Assembly (NCBI RefSeq): GCF_021028975.2
Contig: NC_059427.1
Span: 72,292,001 to 72,356,000, forward strand
Length of the DNA stretch: 64,000 bases
Source of the DNA: Sphaerodactylus townsendi
Lineage: Eukaryota
Direction: 5' to 3'
Part shown: positions 23,125 through 35,100 of the stretch, piece by piece
Position numbering within the stretch: position 1 is the stretch's first letter
How the letters are laid out: every line of letters begins with the position of its first letter
Position numbers and translations under genes: made by a program
Notes under the pieces: generated by a model
Seen by the model: the letters and a program-made list of their open reading frames with translations, nothing else
The model's database searches: none
Told to the model about the DNA's origin: nothing

Positions 23125-26100
23125 CTTCAGGAAGCAAGAAGAAGCAGATCTCAGTTCATAGGAACCAACATGCATAGCACTTTTACAGAGCTCCCCACGG
23201 CATCTGAATGGTAGATCCCACCCCTGTCCAAACCAATGTACAGTGAAGATGCCACTTAATGAAAAGTGCAGTGTTTAAGAGCAGAAGGAAAATGTAAAAG
23301 CAGAACTTGAGGAGATATCCCACCCACCCCTATCTTCCCTGGAAGAAAGAAACAAGGACAGAAACTCTGGAGCTTGAGGCTAGAAAAGTGGGATCACTGA
23401 TGCCCTCAGAAAGCAAGCAGTTAGCATGAGCACTCAAGTGTCCATCTGTTATTTCTTTCAGTGGAAAGAGCCACTGAAAATCATGTTCAAGCCCAGCTCT
23501 CCCTCCTTCTTCCCAGCAACTGGGACCTAGCTGACCTTTTCACGACATCTTTGTATCCAGGAGCTTGCTTCTCTGACACTGGTTTCAGGAACGGACCACT
23601 ATATCTAGACAGGGAAAGCAGGATGAGATGAAGGGATCTACCAGTTTTTTTTCATGTACTTTGCCTCACAGTCAGTATGACACAAGGCTTCATTTTTAAT
23701 TACTATCAGTTAGGAATCATGACAAACTTGCAGGAAAGAGATGGGCCAGATGTGCAGGACAGAATCTATTGTACTCTTGCACTGGGCAGCTGTGCTATGC
23801 ACGCAAACTCAGGAAATCTGGCTGGAATATAACTGGTTTAGTGCACCAGATTTTGGCCAAGGGATAAATTAAACAGGTGTCCTGCATTTCATTATTAACC
23901 CGTAGCCTTAATCTGACTTTCAGAGACTGCTATTCCAACTCTGGCCTCCCCACATCTTTGCTGATGCCCTTTAAGCCTGATCCACAGCATTCCTGTTCTT
24001 CTAGATGTGTGCATATGCTCACACACAATACTTTTCAGCTCTACTTATTATTCTCAGTGTTCATGTAATTCTTGTCAAAATTTCTTTTGTTTTATTTCTG
24101 TGCCTCCCTGTCCAGTACTAATCCTGACATGCTACCTGAATGCTTCTGCTTCTTCAGTTTATAGGCCAATTCTCCCACTCTGTGTGTAATATACCATCAA
24201 GTCACAGCCAAATTATGGTGACAGCAGCAAGGGGCTTTCATGGCAAGTGAGGAGCAGAGGTAGTTTTCATGGCCATCCTCTGCAGAGTCTTGCTTGGTGG
24301 TCTTCCATTCAAGTACTGACCTTACTTAGTTTTTGAGATCTTAAGAGACCATAGAATCCACCTCCCCGCTTCACAGTCTCACTACTACCTTCTTAATAAA
24401 CATTGGCTGTGTGCAACTGTTCCTTTTCCCCAATTGTGATGGTGAAAGTTATGCAGTTTTCACACAACAAGCCTGCATGAAAATTCAATTTTGAGAACTG
24501 CTGGATTTTGGGATCATGAAGCAAGTCTGATGTAATTTCTGCATAGCCAAGGCTGGCTTGATCTCATCAGATTTTTGGAACTAAGCAGGGTAAGCCCTGG
24601 TTAGCATTTGAATGGGAGACCATCCAGAAAATCCAGGGTTGTAACACAGAAGCATACAATGGCAAACCTCTGAACTTTGCTTGCCTTGAAAACCCTAAGG
24701 CCGTGGTGGCGAACCTATGGCACTCCAGATGTTCATGAACTACAATTCCCATCAGCCCCTGCCAGCACGGCCAATTGCCATGATGGGAATTGTAGTTCAT
24801 GAACATCTGGAGTGCCATACGTTCACCACCACTGCCCTAAGGGGTCGCCATGAGTCACTTGTTACTTGAGGGCAGAAAACAAAGCAAAACAAGGAGGCTA
24901 GAGGCTCAAGAAAATGGTCAGGAAGGATTCTGCTCAGAGCAAACCAACTATGCAAACAATTGTATCTCTAAAGACACAAGCAAGCCTTTGCGCCAAAGCA
25001 AACAAAACAGAGACAAATTACCAGATGGCACCAGCTCTGGCGTATAAGTTACAATGGATATAAAGGGAAATGCTAGAGTCCAGTGGTGGCGAACATTTGG
25101 CACTCCAGATGTTATGGACTACAATTCCCATCAGCCCCTGCCAGCATGGCCAATTGGCCGTGCTGGCAGGGGCTGATGGGAATTGTAGTCCATAACATCT
25201 GGAGTGCCAAAGGTTCGCCACCACAGTGCTAGACTGGAGGTACCCTTAATTCCTCTTCCTTTCCCTAGACCTCAGAAACACACCTGTGACCAGCTACCAT
25301 CTTCCAAATGGACAGCAGGGTCTTTTTGAAAAGCAAACGCTGTGCGAGGGGATCATCTTGGCTCATGTGTACCCTGCACAAACAAGAAATATAAAGAGGT
25401 GTGAGGTGGTGGGATAATAACAAACATTGCTTCTTTTTGCATTCTAAACTGTGACAGGAAAAGTTGCAGTTTGTCTCAAAAAAGAAAAAGGAATTTGCTT
25501 TGAGGATACATATCACTGGATCATTTGAGAAGGAAGGGTTAGCTAACCCTTTGCCACTCCCAACAGGGACTTTATATAGATAATCATCAGGGCTGGGAAT
25601 GTTTAATTTCATTCACAATTGACAAAGCAGGCTTTTCCTCCTCTTTATGTCACTGCAGGTGTTTTGGCAGGTTTTTCACTGGCTCCCTTGGAGTCCTGAC
25701 TTTTCCTGTTTTTTCATTCCAGGCTTTGTCTGCTCCTGACCTCTTGCTCTTTAGCCACTCTCTTCTGCCATGGACTGAAAGAGGACAAACACTTTCACCT
25801 TAGGAAGAAGCTGACATATGGAGATGGACCAATGTTTATACTGCCAGGGGGGCTTGAGATCCCTCCGTTCTCCTTGAACTAGAAGTTTTCATACTCTGTG
25901 AGGAAATGACAAAACCCCTCTGATGTCCAAGCACCTGTCTCTTGGCTGGTGGGTTTGGGTGGGTCTGTGAAGTCAATACGTAGACTAAGATCCTTCTGCA
26001 CAAGTGGGGGAGAGAACTGAAAAGTAATGCTTCTTTGTCTGAGGGGGAGCACATCCAGTAGAAGGATCTTCTTAATGCACACAATGATCTGCATCTTCCA

Positions 26101-29100
26101 GGTGGGACAAGAGAACAAATGCCAGGTACTTTAGTTCTCCTACTTAGGTTAGAATTCTCTCTCTGTTTCATTTCCTTTGTTGGAATCCGCACCGTAATTT
26201 CTGCAGCCTGTATATCCCCTAGAGATATGCTAGTAGAATATAGTTTTTATTTGTTTGAGATAGCCTTGATTTCTACATACATCCATTACTATGGCTAACA
26301 TTACCAAAACAGGTCTATCTTAATGTTCCTCCTGTCATGAAACCAGTGAAGGGGTAAATACCAGGAGGAGGTATGGTAGCAACCAAAGGGGAAGGCCATC
26401 CCAAAGCTCTTAGGAGAGAGTTGAAGAGCAGCAAGGGATCCCTAAGAAGACACGTTGGTTTCTGTCAACCAGAACTGCTCCCCTCCTCCTTATCTTCAAG
26501 CAGAGCTGGGTCTTACTCACTCACTTGATGGATGATTGTCCAAGCCAGGAGTGAGAGCAGGCAGGCAAATACTGAGGGTAGAGAATTTTTATGCGTGGCT
26601 TTGGATTTTTCATCACTACCAAAGGGGGATATTTCCATTGTATACATGGTCCCTGCCTTCAGCATTTCACTGCCTGGGCTGTGTGCATAAATATTCTACT
26701 AGGGAATGGGACATCATAGGAGAATGGAATACAGGAAACATGAGTTAACCCAGTGGTTCTCAACCTTCCGACCATGACCCTTTAATACAGTTCCTCATGT
26801 TGTGGTGACCCCAAACCCTAACATTTATCCATTTTACAGATGGCGAACAATGATGCAGAGACCTGTAGGCGACCCCTGTAAAAGGGTCGTTCAACCCCCA
26901 AAGGGGTCGCAACCCACAGGTTGAGAACCGCTGAGTTAACCTGTGCTTCTTCTCTTACATTTTGTATCATTTGAAGCTACTCAGCCTTCAGAAATCCAGA
27001 GCTATTTCTGATATCATAATTCTCTTAACTTTCTTGATATCCATTTCTCTACCCTTTGTGGGCCAGTGTATTGTGGAAAGTTGCTTTATTTAGTATGAGC
27101 TCCTCTTTGTTGATGATACCACAGTTAGAGTGTTTGTGACCAGTTTTAGACCTCCAAATAAGCAATACTCACAAAGGCAAGGAGACAGTACTTGTAGAAG
27201 GAGAACTTGTTGTGGAAATTTCACAGGGACTGAAGTCATCATTGCTGTAGCTCAGATGGAAGTCACTATCATTCCAGTCCTCAAGTTGCTCTTCAGAGTT
27301 TCCCACATCCATCTCCTGTAAATAAAAGGGATCAGATCACTTGGCAAAGCAGTACCGGGAATTCCCAAACCAAAGGCCAGAGATGCATGCTGAAAGGTGC
27401 AACAAGAATTCAGATTAGGGAGTTGCAGGTCTCCACACCACTGAACATCCAACCCTAAGCCCAGCTATGTCTCCAAGCAGCTTGTTCTTATCTTCTTTTT
27501 CCCCCACGAAAACCCTTCCTTATTGCTAACCCTCAAAGTTCTTCCCCTTGTTCTTTGCTGACTTCAACGTGAATCACACCATATCAATTCTTGCAGAATA
27601 CTCTGAATGTCCTTAAATGAAGAAATGAGGCACTGAAACAGGGAATAACTTGGTCTATTCATGCAATCTACTCTAGTAATAGTTCTCTAAGCCACTTTTT
27701 TGCTTACTTCGAGGGTTTGTGGAACCTCTTCCTTCAATGTTCTCCAATTGAAGGAAGCCTGATTCATAAGCTCTGTTGAATTCACTTCATCTTGACCCGT
27801 TTCTCCTGTACTCTCCACTAATACATGTAACTCCTTTTCTGAATTCCTTTCAAGGACCTTAAACTTGCTGTCCTGAGTCTCTCCTGCTTCTTCACACAGA
27901 TCCTGAAATTCTTCAGTTTTCTTTGTTCCCCACCTCATGAGTGGTTCCTCTTCCAACATCTGCAGGGCCCATTTTTCCTTTCCTTGGGGAGATTTCTCCC
28001 CTGTCTGCTCTTTTAAGACCTGTAGTGGACATTCTTCCTTGAGCTCTTCCTCTTTCAGAATTGGAGATCCCCTTGCATCTATGTGAGCCAGGACTCCATT
28101 CCCTTTCTGCTCCCCAGTACTACAAATGTCTTGAGGACTTTGGGACAGCAATGTGTTGCTAATGCAGAGTGGTTCCATCAGGTGTGTCACCTGTAATGGA
28201 GGATAACATTTTAACAGCTGACAACTATATAATAGAACCAATAGTTGATCAGAATAGGTGAGTTGGTTCTTTCAATTAAAAGCTTCTTACCTCCTAATAC
28301 AGTGGTGGCGAACCTTTGGCACTCCAGATGTTATGGACTACAATTCCCATCAGCCCCTGCCAGCATAGCTAACTGGCCATGCTGGCAGGGGCTGATGGGA
28401 ATTGTAGTCCACAACATCTGGAGTGCCAAAAGTTCGCCACCACGGCCCTAATAGGTGCATTTTGGCAAGGTTGTTGGGATAATATACAAAGCCAAAACAT
28501 AAACCAGCATGATGTTAGTATAAGATTTGCTTTAGTATCCAGGCAGAGAAAGCACAGCTGTGCCTTTAACACCACTATGAAGGCACCTGTGACATTTATC
28601 CCTCAGCCTCTAGGTGTCTCCACACTACTGCAGGTAAGAACATTTCTACTGGAAGATACCAAACCTTGACAGAAAGCACCAGCATTTCCGATCTCTCCAG
28701 CCAGGTCAGTCAAGTGGCCTGAAGTTCCACTAGGAAATCACCACCTCTTATTCCTATTCAGGCACCTAATACGGCAGTCCTACCTCTGTTAGGAACCTCA
28801 AGAGAACATCCTGTTTGAACTTCCCTGCTTCTTCTTGGTCCTCCTCACTGGTACTGTGCCATGCCAGGGGATCACTACTTTCCATCTGGCTATCTTCCTC
28901 TGGGCTGCTGCTTTCCTCTAGCTCCTCAGCAGTTTCTTCAGTCTTTCTCCAGCAGCTAAAATCCAGATCAATGCTAGAGTCTGTAGAGCCAAGAAGAGAC
29001 TGGCAGCAGCTGCTCTTTTCAGACTCCGTGAAGAAATCATCAACTTTGGATTCCACCCATGTCCACACATGACCCATCTGCAAAGGTTTGTGAGACAGAA

Positions 29101-32100
29101 AGAGGGTTTTGTCACTCACGTTATAGTTCTACTCCTATCACAGGTGGCAAAGAATGCCCTGTGGAAGCCTGACTGATTCCTGAGCCCAGTCCTTGAAGGA
29201 CACTTTCTGCTGTTGTAAACAACATTTTTAGCTATGTCACATAAGACAGCATTTGTCAAAATTATCCTCAGCTTCTAATTGGCCTTGATTCTCAGTGAGA
29301 AAGGAAGGGTATAAATAAGTTAAATACATAATTGTCTATAGAACCTTGTGCCATCCAAAACCAATACTCATTCTGTTACAGGAACTCCAAATAGTGAGTC
29401 AAGATACTCCAGTGGGTTACTAGAAGCCTGAGGGTAAGTTATCACATTTGCAGGACTGAAGATATTGCAGCTCTAAAAGCTAAAGAGGTTTTGGGGGGTG
29501 GGATTAAAAGGAAAAGATGAAAATGCAATGTTGCAGCTCATTTCATCAAAACCTTTAGAAGCTATTTTCTTATCCATGCTCAGACTTGAGTCAGAACTCA
29601 AACCTTTATCTGAATCCTAGCTTGATAGTAAACTGTGTGTAAAATACAAGTATCACAACCCTTTCAAAACTATGATAACAACTGTACATTGGGAAACTTG
29701 TAGTGATTGTGATGGGCTCATCTAACCACGCCCATTCTCAAACTTTTATCTCTTGATTCTTCTACAGAACAATGCTAGAAAGTTTTTGCTGACAAACACA
29801 AAGCTGGCAATTACCATTAAAAGGTACCTGATTTTATTTTTGTTTGTGGTGATCTTAACTTTAGTAGGATCAAGTTGATGAGATATATATATTGCTGGCA
29901 GATGCCACATTTAAATGCATGCCAGCTACTTAGCATGATAGGAAAATGCCAAAAATCACATACCCATTTGTACTCCTCAGTCTAAAAAGCCTTTTGCACA
30001 GTAAGGAGAAAAAATGTATTGAAGATAAATGAGCAGGCATAAAATTCTCAGGCTTAGGATTTTTCCTGACATGTGGCAAACGTTATTTACCTGCGACTGA
30101 GGAATGCTTGAAAATAATTGAATTTGGTGTAAAACTAGATTCACTCTCCCTGCTGTTCACACAATTGTTGAAGCGATGGAAGCGGCATGCTCGGAGAAGC
30201 CCAGACCTTTTGTGGGCATGAGGGGGCACTACAGATCCTCTAACCAGGAAGTGAAATATTATTTTTTAAATAAATTCCCCAAGGGTCCACAAGCTAGAGC
30301 TGGCCTTGCGCAGAAGCTCCATGAACTCTTGACCTGGGATGTTAACATAGCTTTGAAGGCTGCCCCATCAGAAGCAATGCTACAAGCCAACTTCATCAAG
30401 TTTCCTTGCACTAGGAATGTGGTCTGTGGCCATCGGCAATTCTTTGCCCTGTTTAGCCACTTCAAATGTGAATATAAGTAAGAGCATAAACAGTGTACTC
30501 CATATGTGTAAAGAAGCACTCAGAAAAGGTACCAAAATTTATTCTCCACATAAATTCTACTGTAGAAGTACATGTTAAGCCAAGGGAATGAGGAATAACA
30601 CACACGTTTTACAACTTGAACAGCCTCAGAGAGTATGGGAACTAGACAATAAATGCCTATTGTTACCCACGGGAAGGAAAGTACCCTTATTTATGGTGAA
30701 AGGAGGGCTATTTGCCATACTACCAGAAAAGGGCACTATGAGGTACTTTTATTTATTATATTTATAAACCACCTTCCCCCGCAGGGCTCAGGGCAGTGAA
30801 CAACAACAATAAAACATTACAACAACAATCATAAAAACATAAAGCGCATAAAGCAGCGTAAAACTTTAAAATAATACAAGATTAACAATAAATGGCATCA
30901 CTCAACTCATTATACGTCCCAGGGAGGCCACTAATATCAACAATTAAATCAGTTCAGATCGGGCTGGCCAGATGTAAAAAGCCTGGCAGAACAGCTCCAT
31001 TTTACAGGCCCTGCAGAAACCATTCAAGTCCCACAGGGCCCTGATCTCCCGGGGAGGGGGGGGGGCGTGTTCCATAAAGGTCCTGGTCCTTATAGTGGCC
31101 AGCTAGATGTCTTTTGGTCCTAGGGACCACCAGCAATTTTTTCTCTGACAAACAGGGAGTTCTTAAGGGGCAGTAGTGTAGCTATAAAGGTGTGAGGGGC
31201 ATGTGGTGCACCAGGCGTGTGCTGGTGGGGGCAGAAAATCGCCCCTGCTCCCTTCCCCCTGCCCAGCCTGGCCCGTTTTCAGCTGGCAGAAAGCTGTTTT
31301 CAGTTGGAAGAAAAAGGTAAGTGGGGTGGGGCCCGGGAACCATTTTGCCCCGGGTGCCATTTTCTCCCCCTATGCCCCTGGTACAGGGAGAGGCTGTCCT
31401 GCAGGTATGCAAGTCCAAGACTGCTCAGAGCCTTAAAGGCCATTACCAGAACTTTGAACATGATCCAGTACTCGATCGGCAGTCAATGGAGATGATACAG
31501 GACCGGAGTAATCCAATCCCTATATGATGCTCCGGTAAGGAGCCTGGCTGCCACACGCTGCACGAGCTTCAATTTTCGGGTCACAGAAAAAAGGCAGCCC
31601 AGCATAGAATGAGTTACAATAGTCCAACCTGGAGGTGACTGCTGCATGGACTACTGTGGTCAGATCAGAACAGGAGAGATACAGAGCCAACTACTGTGCC
31701 TGCCGCAGATGGTAAAAAACTGCTTGCACAGTCCTGATGACATGAGACTTGAACAAAAGGGCCAAGTCTAAAGTGATCCACAGGTTTTTGATGGACAAGG
31801 CCAGATGTAAAGCCTCACCATCAAGTGTAGGCAGACTGAAAACCACTGGTTGCTCCCCCCCCCGACCCACCCACAGAACCTCCGTCTTCGCTAGATATCC
31901 TGACCAAGGGTCCTAAAGGCCAAGGAAGCTCAACAGATGCCACTGGGGCCTCACCCCCACACCCCATTTCTGGACAGAGCCTCTCCCAGCTGGGGAAGAG
32001 TTAAAAGATTCAGTGCACTCACTGCAAACTATAGAAACTCACAGGAAAAAGAGTGAAGTCTGTAAGGACCGTTGTCTGTTTTAGGAGTCCAGCTGTCTTG

Positions 32101-35100
32101 TGCCCATTTTTCAAGGAGAAACGGCAAGGTAAGATCAGCAATCCAAAACACCAATTTAATTCTTGGTTTTGGTTCTTTTCTTAGTTTCTGTAAGAACTGT
32201 AGCCTTGTTTTGATACATATTCCCATGTCTCTATGTTCGTGGTTGATAGGAGTGCTTTCTAGTCAAAGATCTCCCTTTCTTTTTGAAGGTATCAGACTGA
32301 CTAAACTACTCACATGTGGAGTCTGGCTGATGGCAGAAATGTGCTAGGGCAAAATGAAATGGTACCAGGGTTGCCCTATAACTATGCTCAAGTCCTCTCA
32401 CAACCATGATTTCCTCAGCCTCTCAGAGGCTCATAGCTAGAAAAGCAGGCAGGAGGAATGATCAGGATTCAAGTTACTGTGGCAAACATTTGTTCCATGA
32501 TCAGAGGTAATACAGACATAAGGAAGCATGCAGTTGCAAGGGAGAATCGGTAAAAGAAAATCCTCCTATTATCCCTTGTACCTGTGGCCTGGAATAGTGA
32601 CCTGAATAGAAGGAAAGCTTGGTAGAACTAACCTCCCACGGAATTAGGGCAACTTGCTAGCGTGTGTAGTTACCTAGGCTTCCCTCTGGAAACATTTCCA
32701 GCAGCATACAGAGACGTGAATCTCTGCAATCTCTCACTACATGAGCACATTCTGTCAAAGTTTCAGGGAGGCTAGAAAAGGAACGATCCTCAGCCACCTG
32801 TACTTTTATAATGTGGTCAAATAATTTTCTACAATAAATGGACCCATTTTGAACTGCCATTTTACACACAACTCTTGCCATATACTGGATCAAACTATCG
32901 ACGCATCAGAGTCTGTGCTGTCTACTGAGACGGAAAGCAGTTCTCTTAAGGTGAAACTTTCACATCACCTAGTCCCTGATCACTTCAACTGGAGATGCCA
33001 GGCATTGAACTGGGGATCTTCCGCATGCTAAGCAGTTGCTCTGCCACAGCCCTTCCCCTTATTTCAACAGCTGTAAGGTTCAATCCTTGGCTTTCTCGAA
33101 CTTGAAGAAAAGGGGTTCTGAAGTAACAGGTAAATGCTGTTCACCTACAGCCCAGAAATGGTACCAGTCAGGATAAACAGTGCTGGCTTAGATGGCCCCA
33201 TGATACAAATCAGTATAAGCCAGTTCCTTATCATATTTTAGGCCTGATTTTCTTCTGAGGAAAAAAGAGGCAGAAGTACATGGCGCCAATTGGTACACTG
33301 TCAATATAGCCGGTGCATAGGTATATAAAGTGGACACACTTCTTTGGCCTGTGCTATTGCTTTATCCAATAAATCTCAGTCAATTCAAATGTTCAGAAAT
33401 AGCATGCGGTAACAGTCCTCATAAGAATAAATTACTACTAGACTGGATAGCCCAGGTTAACCTGACCATGTTTGATCTCAGAAAATAAGCATCTGGGCTA
33501 GTATTTGGAACACCAGGGTTGTGATGCAGAGTCATAGCAGTGGCAAACCACCTTGGAACGTCTCTTGCCTTGAAAACCCTACAGGGTCGCCATAAATGAA
33601 TTATGACTTAATGGTACCAAAAAACAAAACAAAAACAAGATTGCAGCAATGGAATGACAAAATAAATACTCCCTGAGTTTTTTTAACCCCTCTGTTCATA
33701 GAAACTTGCATGCCCATGGTAAGAGGTTTTAGCCTTGTTTGCTTCTTGTCTTTCCATGTGCAGCATGCCTTTTTTCTTTCACAAAGAAAAACATCCAATT
33801 ATTTGTTGCCGCAGTCTGAAGTGATTCAGTTGAGGAAAGACAATATCGTATGCTACTTCTGCATGTTTCAATTGGCAGGAATGTGTTTATGTAAAGTCTG
33901 GTATTTCATGAGAACCATTCCCTCTTACGGTCTTCAACCACATTAGCTCTCCCTTGGTATACAACTTGCTAGCCCAGAAGGGGGAGATGCGTTTGAGAGT
34001 TACTATGTGCTTATGTAACCTAATGATAGGACTAGGTCCACGAACATGAAATAAGGGCATGCCAGTGCTTATAATGTTGACCTCCCCAGCAGAGATGTAC
34101 ACAAATCAATGCAACCACACATAAAAACCACACACGTTGCAAAACAGAATTCTCTTCTACAGTTTAATATACACATTTACACTCCACTAATACAAAAAAT
34201 ATGCACACTTCACATTACAGTACATACTAGCCACCAGTTGCTAGCTAATAGGAGGATACTAAAAAAGCCCCAGTAGTGCTGCCTTACAACAGGCAGTGGG
34301 GTGCTGGCTTGCTCCTGGGATATCCCCAGTAACACATTCTAGAAAACTGGCCAATTCCAGAAGCTGCCCTTTCCTGTCTGTAGCAGTTTCCCCTTGGCTT
34401 CAGGAAAGTTCTTGGGTCCAGTTTGTTGCCTTCATCTTCATTTCTTCATCTTCATGTCTGCTTCGATAGCACAACGGCGCCCTCTGGTCCCCCCATCCTA
34501 ATCAAAATGCAAAGACAAAGGGGAAAGTAAGTGTTGTTAGCAAGCCTTAGGACAAGGACGACTGACTGTTATCATCTGTGTTACCAGGAGAGAGTCAAGA
34601 CATGAACAGGCAATGCTGTTCTCCTTCCTAAATGATCTGCAGCAATGTGATTCCCTTGTGCAATGTTGTGGGGGTTAGTGTGTCAATGGAGGGAAGAAGA
34701 GACAATGGGGCAGGAATGGTTCACACTTGCTTGGTGACTCTTTTTGGCAAGGATACAGTGCTGCTTTTGCCCCATGTGTAAAGGTCCAAGTTGTTTCCTC
34801 CAGTGGGCAGAAAGGAATGCTGGCTAACATACCTGATCCAACTGGTGATCTTTACAGAAGTTCTTTTCCTTGAGCGTGGCCCTGGCACTATCTCCCTAGC
34901 ATCTCCTCACAGTGGCTTTCCATGAATGTAGGGCAACGAGAGAGTTTACATCCATCTGCTGCCCTCTCCAATTGGCTGCCTTTCCTCATGGGCTGTTCTG
35001 CCTTTAACAGACAAGTGTTAGAAAATGATACAACTCCCCACCCACCCCAATTACCTTGGGCTGAAGAAAATTGGATGAAACACTTCCTAGGCAAATCAAC

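Noticed and set aside
24548-24640. 5S rRNA gene
   Set aside because: Diverged, truncated and fused to a SINE body and tail; not a functional rRNA gene
24701-28445. CRISPR-like or other prokaryotic defence repeats
   Set aside because: The repeats are dispersed palindromic transposons with 8-bp target duplications, not regularly spaced arrays; the DNA is vertebrate
29828-29981. Micro-exons (29981-29964 containing ATG, and 29894-29828) upstream of BRD8 L1
   Set aside because: Splice signals are plausible, but the chained phases do not match the phase-0 L1 acceptor and one intron would be only 69 nt
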